Positions 13,137-28,015 of a stretch of 64,000 nucleotides of DNA are shown piece by piece. Within the stretch, counting starts at the first letter, position 1. Each line of letters begins with the position of its first letter. The DNA comes from the human T2T-CHM13v2.0 reference genome, Homo sapiens. The stretch lies in NCBI RefSeq assembly GCF_009914755.1, contig NC_060930.1; one strand, 5' to 3'. Below the pieces are notes generated by a model. That model was not told the origin of the DNA and did no database searches. It saw only the letters and a list, made by a program, of their open reading frames with translations. Both the position numbers and the translations under genes were made by a program.

Positions 13137-14302
13137 TATTATTATTTAGTTAAAAAATCATTGATGTCAGTTTTCTATATGCTAATTATGATAACTTGGA
13201 AGCCAAATTTAAACTTGAACTTTCGTTTCAGTGATTAAATACAATTGCATTTCAGTATTAAATATAAGGTTGGCAATGTTCTAATTAGGAATAAAAGTAT
13301 ATTTTAAAATTTAATGTATTAATATTGGGCACAAACTTTTAAAAAGAGATCCATTTATTGTTTGTCTTGAGAATGAAGATCTGAGTAATGCTTTAGGTCA
13401 AGGACACTGTAAGTCTGTTGCATTGTCTACTGTTGAGTACTCAGGAGTAATTAGAGTTTCATTTGTAGGTCTGAATAAGGCGTAAAAGAAATTCATCTCT
13501 AAATATATTTTTAAAAATCCTGATGACCCAGTTTTTACTTAAAATGTTATTTAATACACAAAGTCTGAGAGAAACAAAAGTAAAACTTCACAAATAAACT
13601 TCACAAATAAAATAAATCGATGTTTGAGTTAACATATCTGAAACCTAGAATGCTCTGAGAGTAAGCCAACATAGTATAAAACAACTTAAAAGAAAGGTAT
13701 ACTTAAAAAATTGGCCACCATTATGCTTTTGCTGACAACACTGTGTAACTTAGGATACATCAGATAACTTAAGAAAACCTAACCTCATTCTAGTTTAGAA
13801 GCCCAAAAATGTTTTAGGTCTGATTTGCCTTCAAATATCTCATATGACAAAATCAGCATACGCATTAATTCTTGAAACATTTAATCCATAAAAAAGAAGA
13901 TAGTATTCCCCAATTTGTATCTTAAGTAAAATATCTAATAAACTTTAAGAGGCATAGTTCTTTGAAGTTCCTTCTAAAACCAGTCAGAAATCTTACATTG
14001 CATGGGTTCAGATATATTTTAAACAATAATATCACAGCACCCACTTCCCCAAAATCTCAAAGCTAAGTCACATTCCATTTCTTTTTTGCAATAGCCTTAG
14101 AAGAGTAAGATATAAACAAAGCCTTTCTCTCATCTTTTCTTGGGAAAATTGCAGTCATATCATTCTTTAACATCAGGTCTCAAAATAGGTAAATTATGGC
14201 CTTTATTGCAAGAAACAGGTTGTTAAGGTATGGCCCATCAACACTAGATAGTCCACAAGCATCCTTCCGTAAATTTAAAATGCAAGTTAAAAAACAGTTT
14301 TT

Positions 14303-14520
14303 ACATTGAGTACCATGAACACAAAGAAGGGAAAAACAGACACTGGGGCCTACTTGAAGGTGGAGGACAGGAGGAAGAGGAGGCTGGAAAAACTACTATC
14401 AGGTACCATGCTTATCCCCTGGTAACTCAATAATCTGTATATCGAACCCCTGTGACATGCAATATACCTACATAACAAACTTGCACATTTATCCCCAAAC
14501 CTAAAATAAAAGTTTAAAAA
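14303..14520 (+). mobile_element. L1PA15/16-like 3' end
   Basis: cacaaagaagggaaaaacagacactggggcctacttgaagg...aacctaaaataaaagtt; TSD-like aaaaa..gtttttacat on both sides. Confidence 0.85.
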
Positions 14521-15389
14521 CACGGTTTTTACATATTGAGCAACATACTGAGGTTTTACATTCACAGGCAAAGTTAAAAGTTTAAAAATAAATATTCCCT
14601 CAAATCACGTTTAACTTTTATTAAAGTGTTAAGGTAGAGACGGGATTGGATAAAATAAGGGTATAGATTGAGTATAGGCTAATCCTGGGCGAAATTCCAA
14701 AGTAAACTAAATTTTCATATTCCTTCTTTAGGTTAAATCACATGAAATTGACATTTTTGTAGGTCCAAAGAGTTGAATATCAGCAATATCATATGATTCA
14801 ACCTTAATACATCCTAATGCTGTCTCTCTCCCAACCCCTAGGTTGCCTTTCTGTTGCCCACATCCTCAAAACCTCAGTTGTATCACATCACACTGGTCTG
14901 CTTTCAAATCCCCCATACTCCAAAATATGTTTTCACCTGCCTCAAGTGAATTCTTAAGTAGAAGAAGTTTAGATGAAGTAGAGTTAAGGAATTTAATTCA
15001 TGAAGGCGATATTCAGAAATAGATGGCCCTTGCAAGATGACTTAAATCAAACTACATAAGCAGTCAAATTCTTCATCCCATGTATTTATAAAAAAAAAAA
15101 TATTATTTCCCTGCAACTGGCAGCAAGCCTGCACATTAATGTTATTCAAGCATATACCTATAGAGATTACTCCTCTTCCAACTGAAGTCTAGAACGATTT
15201 TGACAATTAAAATATTTATTCAACTCAAGAGTTCTCTGAGTGATTTCTTTTCCTTTCAGACCTATTTCTCTGAGTTAGCATACTTCAAATTAATGAGCCT
15301 GTAGTGGATATAATATCTTTGACATCATTCAATTTTATGTTTCCTCATCAGTAATGCAATGACCACATCTGCCATTTTTTTATGTGGAT

Positions 15390-15623
15390 GGCAACATAGC
15401 ATGGTAACTAGATGCATGGACTCAGAGCTAGTCTCCCAGGGTTTGAGTCCTGGCTCCTCTGCTTAACAGCTGTGTGACCTTGGGTAAGACACTTAACAAC
15501 CTGTGCTCAGTTTCCTCTTCTAAAGAGATAGGATAATAATACCGATCTAATAGGGATGTTATAAGTATTATGCAAATTTAACTAAATGAGCTACTGTTTA
15601 TAAGTGCTAGAACAGTGACTGGT
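15390..15623 (+). mobile_element. MIR
   Basis: gggtttgagtcctggctcc...gctgtgtgaccttgggtaag...ctcagtttcctc. Confidence 0.8.
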
Positions 15624-15859
15624 GTACCTTTCAATGGTTTTTAAACAAGCCTACAGAAAAAAAAAAAGGCAGAGGACAGAAGGAAGTTATCTATGACTTA
15701 GGAAACTGGTCCAGCTCGATCAAAACATTAAGGAAAAAGCTCACTTTTTTTAGCAGAAAGAAGAAAAAACATAACAAAGCCAAAGCCTCAGAAGGGAAAA
15801 ATATTTCATACAAGTTGAGAAAAAAAGAGAAAAACTGAAGTATGTTGACTCCACTTTCC

Positions 15860-16530
15860 ACTGGGAGCGCTAAGGAAGGAGAATCAACCTGCCCAGCGTT
15901 ACCTCAGCCCCTTAAGAGAAGCCATAGTCAGGCATAGCAAAGCTACATCTAGCATGACCTAAATTATCATGGCCCTGAAATTTCTGCTTGTGCCTTTTGG
16001 GAGTGGGGAGGTGATCAGTGGGTCTGATTGACAGCTTTTCAAGGGTATTGTTGTAGCAATGTGTAAAATGGTCCTATAAAGAAGGATTATCAATCAGCAA
16101 TGAATAGGGGGTGGCAGGGGTGGCACAGTGAGACAGTACAGTCCCTGAAGAGCTGGCCTGGACCTCATCAGCCTAGCACACTAGCAGGCTTCACCAAGTC
16201 AAGGCATTGGAGACCATGAGTTACAACAGATTTCAGCAGTGGACCCAAAGAATACTCAAAAACAGAACCAGACAAATTATAGATGCTGTAGATATCAGCT
16301 CTCACGTCCTCAGAGACCAACTCCACAAGATCTCACTATCTTTCCAAACCCCTCAACCCCATACTGAAGACGAGCAGGAGGAAGGGAAAAGGAGCTGAAG
16401 GCTGAGTTTTTCTTAAGTGACTGGGCTACCCAAGAGGCTGGTCAAAGATATGGTAAGCTTACCAAATTGAATTCAATATCATTTTCTCCACTTCCTCATA
16501 GTGTGGGACCCGTGAGGAATAGTATATTCA
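15860..16530. mobile_element. Possible ancient LTR (Gypsy-like LTR85/88 class); unassigned
   Basis: GC-richer island with weak recollected similarity near gctgagtttttcttaagtgactgggctaccc; not verified. Confidence 0.25.
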
Positions 16531-16584
16531 CTAATATATATATATATATCTTCTTTACAGTTTTGAGTATATTAAAAGTAAATT

Positions 16585-16765
16585 GGTCTGGCCATGGTGG
16601 CTCACGCCTGTAATCCCAGCACTTTGGGAGGCTGAGGCAGGACAATTGCTTGAACCCAGGAGGTGGAGAGGTGGATGTTGTCGTAAGCCAAGATCATGCC
16701 ACTACACTCCAGCCTGGGTGACAGAGCGAGACTCCGTCTCAAAAAAATAAATAAATAAATAAAAA
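16585..16765 (+). mobile_element. Monomeric hybrid Alu (left-arm 5' part joined to AluS right-arm 3' part)
   Basis: cccagcactttgggaggctgaggcagg runs directly into acaattgcttgaacccaggagg; (taaa)n tail. Confidence 0.85.
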
Positions 16766-16899
16766 TTAATTAATTAATTTAATTGATCATCTGCAAGAAA
16801 CACAATGGGAGAATAGCGCGTTGAGTTTTCAGAGAATAATTTTGACTTTTGAAAAACTGTTTTGTTTCATAAAATCACCTATAAGGGAAAGATGACATA

Positions 16900-17190
16900 T
16901 AAACAGAACGTTCAGATCGCCAGCTTTGAAGTCTAGTTGCTTTGGTTCAAATTACAGTTCCATCCCTTTCAATAACTTTTCTAGGGCAAGTTATTTAACT
17001 TCTTGATGTCTCAGTTCCCACATCTATAAAAATCAGTTATCAATCCTTTCTACCTCAGATAGTTACTTGGAGATCACACATGCACATCCTAATAGTTTCT
17101 GTTACATGATCCATTTTAAATAGTATTGAACAGGCAAAAATTTGAAACAGTTTCTGGCACAGAGTATGTGCTCAGCTATGATTAGCAGTA
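16900..17190 (+). mobile_element. MIR
   Basis: gggcaagttatttaacttc...ctcagttcccacatctataaaa...ctggcacagagtatgtgctc. Confidence 0.7.
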
Positions 17191-17234
17191 AATATACCAT
17201 CCAGTAGAATTGTGTCAGTCAAAAGCAAGTTGAT

Positions 17235-17535
17235 GGGGAAAGAGACATTGGTCAAAGGATATAAAATTGTAGATAGGAGGAATAAGTTCAAGTCATCTAT
17301 TGTACAACATGATGACTATAGTTAACAACAATGTATTGTATACTTGAAAATTACTAACAGATTAGATTTGAAGTGTTCTCACAAATAAATGGTAAATATG
17401 TGAGGTAATGCATTTGTTAAGTAGCTTGATTTAGCCATTCCACAATGTATACATATTTCAGAACATCATGTTGTACATCATAAATATATACCATTTTTAG
17501 TTGTCAATTAAAAATAAATAAAAAGTTTTTTTTAA
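17235..17535 (+). mobile_element. L1MA (L1MA7/8-like) 3' end
   Basis: gataggaggaataagttcaag...tagcttgatttagccattccacaatgtatac; TSD aaaagcaagttgat / aaaagcaagctgat. Confidence 0.88.
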
Positions 17536-18049
17536 AAAAGCAAGCTGATATTTCAACCAGCTAACCTTATTTAAAAAGATTCTTCCAAGCTGTCATTTGA
17601 CAGAAATATAGACATATTTCTAGCCGTATTTTCAGTAGCATGTGATTAAACTGTTATTTTTAAATTATCTTTTTATTACCTATGTATAACCTATCCATGT
17701 ACAGCCTATGCATCTAGTTAATATTATTTTGAGCACTAAACTTATGTAATAATTTTGTAGAAGCAGGAAAATTGGGAAGATCTTCCAACCAATTATCAAA
17801 ATTACTTTATAGAAACAAATGACTCGGGGGATGATTTACTTTGAACTTAACAATGTAGAAAAATGGAATTTTTATTAATTATTTACCTTTGATCTCTATA
17901 ACAATTAACCAAATGGTATAAACACACTTTTCTTAGGACATGAGAACAAACAGTTTTCAGTGACAGGTGGCTAAAAGAGTTTTATAAACTATTAGCCTTT
18001 AGAGCTTTAGTTTCCATTTGCTAAGTTGTTTGTTAGTTCAGTCTTTTGG

Positions 18050-18260
18050 TAAACATTAATTGTTTGCCTACTCATGTTTGACAATACACTAAGTACATTA
18101 GGTTCATGATGGGAGAGGCAAGGAAGGATAGAGAGATATAAAGATGCAGAAAATATGTTCTCTACTCTCAAAGATCTCACAGTCTAGCTCTAGAAATCTC
18201 CTATGCATCCCCAAGCTAAAGCAAATGACCATAAAACAACATATGCAACATAATATTGTA
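18050..18260 (-). mobile_element. L2 3' fragment
   Basis: ctctactctcaaagatctcacagtctag resembles the antisense L2 3' end. Confidence 0.5.
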
Positions 18261-18480
18261 AAATATGTGTATATGAGTACTGGAAGGATATGGAATATAG
18301 AATTCAGGGGATAGAAATTATTATCTAGAGTCAAGATACATATAAAATGTATTCATTTACTTAAACATTGTACCAATCTTAATAAATATTAATAAAAAGT
18401 GGCAAGGTGTATATATATATATATATCTCTTAATAAAATATATATAAGATTGGTACAATCTTAATAAAATATATATATAT

Positions 18481-18798
18481 TTGGTCCTCTGTATCCATGG
18501 TTCCACATCAAAGATTCAATCAACCATAGATTTAAAATATTCCAGGAGAAACAATTCCACAAAGTTCCAAAAAGCAAAACTTCAATTTGCCACATGCCAA
18601 GTACTATGTTGAAGCCACGTCAATAAAGCAATGTGTATGCCTTGTACTAGGTATTAAAAGTAATCTAAAGATGATTTAAATACAGGAGAACGTGCATAGA
18701 TTATATGTAAATGCTACACCATTTTATATAAGGGATTTGAGCATCCTCAGACTTTGGTATCCACTGGGGGTCCTGGAATCAATCCTCCATGGGTATAC
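18481..18798 (-). mobile_element. MER2B (TcMar-Tigger)
   Basis: cctctgtatccatggttccacatc...aattccacaaagttccaaaaagcaaaactt...gggggtcctggaatcaatcc. Confidence 0.85.
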
Positions 18799-19482
18799 AT
18801 ATTATGACAATAAATTGAGACTCTCTTTTGTAAATGTTTTTGGATCCGAAGCAAACTCCAGACGTGTGGGCTTCATTCAGAAAGACCAAGTGAAACTAGT
18901 ACTGTGTAATTTATTTCAACAAATCTAATTTCCACTTTCCTTGTTTTTTTTTTAACTATACTTTTACTCCTTAACCTACAATGTACACAATGATGTTATT
19001 TGAATTCTATGTAGATATATAAGGTAGACTACGTAGGCTTCATGAGCAATTAACAAGGATAAAAACTGATGACCATACATAAATATTTCTAAATTGTTGC
19101 ATAAAAAGAGGATCCAGAGAAACTTAATAAAATTACACTATTAATAATCACTTAGCAAATAATTAACATATTCTATTGATTTGGCATTTAATTTCATAGA
19201 GCACTGCTGTTGAGACTCTACCTCATCACATGTCCAGTGAGTATGCTACCTTGAGGGGTAACTCATTCCGTTATTTGCTAGTTCTCATTGCAAAACAATT
19301 TGTCCTTATACTGAGTTCACATCCCCCTACTAATTTCCATTTAGTTATCGTCTTTAGCCAAACAACATAAGTTGATTCTTCCTAAGATAGTAGCCAATAC
19401 AATGAACACGAAATAATGAGAATAATTCACATTATAAAATACATACTATATCCCAGGCACAGTGCCAAGTATTTTAAATATG

Positions 19483-22122
<2,640 letters not shown>

Positions 22123-22335
22123 TATCACATTATTTAAACCTCACCATGACCACATAGTGTAACTGATTATTATTCCCATTTTTCCATTGAGAAAACTCAG
22201 AAAGACAGCTTAATTGAATTTTCCAATTATACATAGGCAGTATTTAGCCACCAGGCTCTAACCTCAGACAGTCTGGCCTCAGTCGGGTAGTCAGACAGCC
22301 TGACTTCAGAGTCTGTGCTTCTGTTCCTTACACCG
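22123..22335 (-). mobile_element. MIR, continuing 19425-19482 across Tigger1
   Basis: attattattcccatttttccattgagaaaactcag. Confidence 0.65.
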
Positions 22336-22951
22336 TATTGCCTCACCTTGTAACCAGAACCATCTTTCATAGTATTACGTGGGAACTATTACAACATGCA
22401 TTGTTCTTCCCCATGGAGGATCATTCTGAAGATCAGTCTAAATCTGAATGCCATCCTATCTGCCAAAATAAATCAAGCTTTCAAACCAATCTTTTTAGTA
22501 GCTTGTGAGGCAGATCACAAGAAATGCTGGAGCAGAGGTGCAACGTAATACAAAAAAAAAAACAAGACTGGTGTCTGAAGGCAATAAATGACAGCAGTTG
22601 ATTTGAGGACTGCACATATAGTTGATAAGGTCACCTTAATTGAAAACTGATTTTTGAGCAATTGCAGCTGTAGAGTGTAAGAATTCCCTATATAAGCTGA
22701 CAGAGTCTATAAATAGGAAACGGTCATTTCAGCACAGACCAATGAGATGTGGTGAATGTTTGTTTGACCAAACTTTGTAAAATGTCAGCAGCACTTAGAA
22801 GCTGAAAGAATTAAAATCTGAAATGATACAATCCTTTAAGGCACATAGCTGAAGTTTTCACCCAGTTTCTAGTAAAAAGCAAATGGAATCAGTCATTTTC
22901 CACAAAGTAGTTTTTATTAGTGGTTGCCTATATACTTATGTTAAAGATAAA

Positions 22952-23205
22952 TGTAGTACTCCCCTTAGAACTAGGCAACCAGTACCCCAGCCCTAGGCCC
23001 AACTCTTTAGAGGGGGTAGTTTCTGGATGGGCAATTTCTAGCTACATTTCTCCTTCAGCTTCAGTTCCAGAACGAAGACACAATGGAGGGCTGTAGCCAC
23101 CCTGCAGTGGACATTTTATATGAGCAAAAAGCAAGCTTGTGTGATTGTAAGTCACTGAGACATAGGGATTGTTTGTTACCAAACATTTCTTAGCTGACTG
23201 GTACA
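22952..23205 (+). mobile_element. Old MLT1 (I/J/K-type) LTR fragment
   Basis: 3' end gtaagtcactgagacatagggattgtttgttacc...gctgactggtaca. Confidence 0.55.
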
Positions 23206-23399
23206 AATCAGCATTTTCCAATCATACCATATTCTTTGGAAATATACTTTTAATGTATGCACACTGCACTATTCAACAAAAAAATAAAATTGTTTATTAT
23301 TAAATGGAAAAATAATGTGATAGGACTATGATTACAGGTATAATCAAATCATTCTATGAACACAGATAAGAAGCACATAATTCCACATCATTCTATATA

Positions 23400-24260
23400 A
23401 TTCTACCTGAGAAAATTTTAAAAACAGCTTTAAAGGGGTAGTGTCTTGTCAGATTGTTCCTAAAGATGACAAGGATCTCTGGTGGTAGAAAAGGGAGGCA
23501 AGGGCATTGTACACAAAAATGTACATGGACACTTCAGTAATGTCAAGGAACTAGTGCTTGCTTCCAAAGCAGGGACTAGGGAGCATGAATCCTGAAAGGA
23601 ACCACAAAAGGAGATTCTAAAGGATCTTGAAAAACATTCTAAGGAATCTAGATTATTCTAGAGGCAAGGAGGAGACACCAATGCTTTTGAAGAGAGGTAG
23701 ACTAAATATATGCTTTTGAAATGCATTTTATGGAGGACGGAACACTGCTTTTAGAGTCAGGGGACCAGTTTCTCCTGAGGCAAATTCACTCATGTGTGAA
23801 AGTATATTTCAGAGGTGCTTTGTGTATTAAATGTTATAAGTTAGTAGGTGCCCAGGAAATGATATTCAGATGTGAACTGGCTATAAGTGCAGAGCATGTT
23901 TTGAAGGAGGGAGCTGGTAAAAGCATAGCGTCCTGGAAACGTAATAGTCCAGGCAATAGGTAGTGGGTGAATAAACTAGGAAAACAGCAGTGGGGAAGCA
24001 AGTAACCAAAAGATTCAGAAACATTCCAGAGATCTAAAAGACAGGACTTGATAACCAACAGGACGCAGGTAGTGAGAACACTAGGAAAATAGAAATGCAA
24101 TCATGGAGTCCTGCGAGAATAAGAAGTGGACAAGTAAAAACAAGAATAGAAACAGAAGGCAATTCTATAGAAGAAAAAACAAATGTCTTGGAAGCTTGAG
24201 AAAAATTAAGATCATGAATCCATAGACCCTATTAGGTGGAAAGTAAAGCTGCAACCGTGT
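23400..24260 (-). mobile_element. Highly diverged L2 fragments
   Basis: Purine-rich antisense-L2-like texture (attctaaggaatctagattattctagaggcaagg). Confidence 0.4.
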
Positions 24261-24529
24261 GAATTTGATCAATGTCAGTAACATGGGTAATTTGGGCACC
24301 AGGAACACTTGTCTGTCCACAGTATGTAGGAGGATAGAGTGAATAAGGGCAGTAATTTATCTGAAAAATATCAGGTTTTTACTTCTAGATTTTCAGGAAC
24401 GGTAAAAATGAGAATCAAACATATCAAATATCAAACACACTGTGAAGGAGACCAGTATTCCCCATTTTGATTCTCTCTTCACCTACCCCTTGGGGAAGGC
24501 GCTTAAGGTAGTAGTTGCATGCATGTCGA

Positions 24530-24773
24530 AATTACATATACACATATATACATGTGAACACATGCATACAATATATAGACTAATATGTATATACTATGTA
24601 TCTTTGTATGGTGTATCTATAGTGTAAGATATATGTGTGTATATATGTGTGTACAAGTTTCATTTGTGTATGGCAGTAAAACAAAACCTTTGATGTACAT
24701 ACGGAAATGTATTATATATATGTATATATACACACACATACACACACACACACATTCACACACAACACATAAA
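24530..24773. repeat. (TA/TG/CA) compound low-complexity repeat
   Basis: Directly visible. Confidence 0.8.
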
Positions 24774-25104
24774 CAGACATTCCTTAGTATCCCTGGGGAT
24801 TGGTTTTAAAACACTCCCTCCACCCCCTGCAGACATCAAAATCTAGGGATGTTCAAGTCCTTAGATAAATAGTGTAGTATTTGTTTATAACCTATGCACA
24901 TCTGTATACTTTAAATCATCTGTAGATTACTTATAATGCCTGGTACAATGTAAATGCTAGGTAAATAGTTGTTATACTATATTATTTTCACATTTGTATT
25001 GTTTTCGTTGCATTGCTGTTTTTTATTATTTTTTTCCAAGTTTTTTCTACCTGCGGTTGGTTAAATCTGCAGATGCAGAACCCGTGGATACAGAGGGCCG
25101 ACTG
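24774..25104 (+). mobile_element. MER2
   Basis: cagacattccttagtatccctggggattgg...gtggatacagagggccgactg followed by ta. Confidence 0.9.
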
Positions 25105-25693
25105 TATACATGTACACACATACACACAATAAATTAATATAGGTACTGTATATTGATATGGTATATATGTATAGCCTAAGGTATTTATGTGTATATTCAT
25201 GTATGTTTAAAATGGCACAGACTCAAGGCCAAGGAATAAAGCGTTTCTCTACTTCTACCTCTCTGTGCCTGCATCAGGGAATGAGGAGGCCAGATTTATG
25301 AGACTGTTCTGAGCATCTTGAAGCTTCTATTCCAGAGCAGCTGTGTCCTTTCCACAAGGGAAGCTTTCCCCTTGTATCCTAATTGGGCATGAAATCTGAC
25401 TCACCAGCACAAGTTACAGTGGAGCCGGCCAACAGAGCAGCTGCCTGTGAAAGCCGCTTGAATAACCCACATCCAGTGACTGAAATTGATGTGGGATGAA
25501 ACACGGGGCTCTGTTAACCTGGCAGATGCTACATGGAACTCAAGTCACCTCAACTCTCACCACTCACTGCAATGAATTGTCCTAGTTTGTTTGTTCTCAC
25601 AGTTTCTCAAAGGCCAGAAGGGGCACGAGAGCCCACATACTTTTATCCTGGCGGTAGATGTAATGACATAATATTGGCACAGTAACTTATTCT

Positions 25694-26180
25694 CTTTTTT
25701 TCTTTTACTTTTAACTTTTTCTTTTCTAATTAATTTTTTTTTTATTATACTTTAAGTTCTGGGACACATGTGCAGAACGTGCAGGTTTGTTACATAGGTA
25801 TACAGGTGCCATAGTGGTTTGCTGCACCCATAAACCCGTCATCTACATTAGGTATTTCTCCTAAAGCTATCCCTCCCCTAGCACCCCACTCCCTGACAGG
25901 CCCCAGTGTGTAATGTTCCCCTCCCTGTGTCCAGGTGTTCTCATTGTTCAACTCCCACTTATGAGTGAGAACATGCGGTGTTTGTTTTTCTGTTCTTGTG
26001 TTAGTTTGCTGAGAATGATAGTTTCCAGCTTCATCCATGTCCCTGCAAAGGACGTGAACTCATCCTTCTTAATGGCTGCATAGTATTCCATGGTGTGTAT
26101 GTACCACATTTTCTTTATCCAGTCTATCATTGATGGGCATTTGGGTTGGTTCCAAGTCATTGCTATTGTGAACAGTGCTA
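25694..26180 (-). mobile_element. L1PA7-like 3' end
   Basis: ORF2 C-terminus TWNQPKCPSMIDWIKKMWYIHTMEYYAAIKK, 3'UTR and poly-T; TSD aacttattct at 25684 and 26181. Confidence 0.94.
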
Positions 26181-26389
26181 AACTTATTCTTTTTATACAC
26201 TAACTCATTCTATTAGAAATTAGAAGGTATGCTCCCAGTGAAGAGTCTGATCTCGAGAGTTTGATCCACTGCATATTTGAAAATCAGCATCCTACTAAAA
26301 CACCTGTGGTTAATGTCCATTATTGGTGAGCCTCTGTCAGACTCTAGGCAAACATTTTGTATTGAAGACAGAATGTCATAGATCTCAAA

Positions 26390-26600
26390 ATCACAAGCTT
26401 TGGAATTAGACAGTCTAGGAGACAAGAAGGTCTAACAATTATTGCTGGATAATGTTGGGCAAGTTGCCTAACCTCCCTGAGCTTCAGCTTCCTCAACTGA
26501 GGTTGCATATTATTTTTAACACAAAGGTTTGCTGTGGGGATTATTTAACATAGTGAATACAAAGTGCCTGGTATGTAGAAAGGGCTAAATAATGCAAGTT
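26390..26600 (+). mobile_element. MIR
   Basis: ttgggcaagttgcctaacctccctgagcttcagcttcctc. Confidence 0.7.
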
Positions 26601-27249
26601 ATAAGTATTAACTTACAACTTTTCCTTAAAACCATCACATAATCAAGATTGGTTTTAGGAATGCAGTGAGACAACAAAAGAGTCACCTTCATAACACCAT
26701 CCTCCCTGCTGTCCTAAAATTTCATAATCAGCAATACCTTTTTTAGGTTTGCAAGTATTTCAGTTCTTAAGAATTCATTGACACAAATAAAATGTCTCTT
26801 CTGTGAACCCTAGATAAAGAAATTGGCTAATTTGCATTCCAGAAATCTAAAAAAAAAAAATCTGTTCCCAAATATGCCTTTTGCTTGAAAGGAAATCTTG
26901 GGCTTTGAGGAAATGGGGTTCAACATAGCTTAGACTGTTAATGAAAATTATTGATTTATATTCCCTCCTGATCACTAATTAGAGTTAATGCAACTTAATG
27001 ACCCAGCTTCTCTGGAAACTACTTATCAAGACAGAGACACCCTAAGGAGCTGCATATGCTCCTTCCGGACACCACGGTAAGAGAGGGTACTATTGAACAG
27101 AAACCAGAATGATGGGGCCATACATAGGGAATGCTGGTTAGTTTGATATAGAAAAGCCTATTTTATTTTAGTGTCAGTAATTGTTATAGTGAAAATCATT
27201 TCGACCTTATGAGGTACACAGATATGCACATATGTCTTTATGAAGCTCA

Positions 27250-27410
27250 ATAAGGACTTAGCACTATAAGGAACCTCAAAGAATGTCTAGTCCAATTTCT
27301 CTTACAGAGGAAAAGAAGCAGAGGCGCAGAACAGCTAAACAATTGTTCAGGTTCACACAGCTGCTTAATAGCAAAGTCAAGAGTTCTAGTTCAAGTTTCC
27401 TGATGTTCTC
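27250..27410 (-). mobile_element. MIR/MIR3 fragment
   Basis: ttacagaggaaaagaagcagaggcgcaga...aggttcacacagctg. Confidence 0.6.
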
Positions 27411-27707
27411 TGTATCATGTTCCTATGTTGATTTTTCTTTAAAGACTCCCTATGTTGAAATAAATGCCTGTGGTTCCCAATCAGGGATTTGGATTGTGAA
27501 CATCCAGGAATTCAGGGCGGACATGACAGGAAACTCGGCTCTGTCTGACATGCCCAGGTTATATCCTAATGATTTTCTGATAATCGTTTATTTTCTTTAT
27601 GTCTTTCTCCTACCGAGCTATGTGAAGAGTCAGGGTAATAAGCTTCTTGTTAACTCAAGCTGTACTCTGTAGTGATGCCCTAATGTCCCATAAGAGTTAA
27701 TGCTCCT

Positions 27708-28015
<308 letters not shown>

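Noticed and set aside
13583-13612. Short tandem duplications (aaacttcacaaata x2; also 30430-30480 and 35515-35535)
   Set aside because: Ordinary replication-slippage products
27283-27672. 129-aa ORF
   Set aside because: Spans MIR and L2 remnants, with no recognisable domain or exon structure
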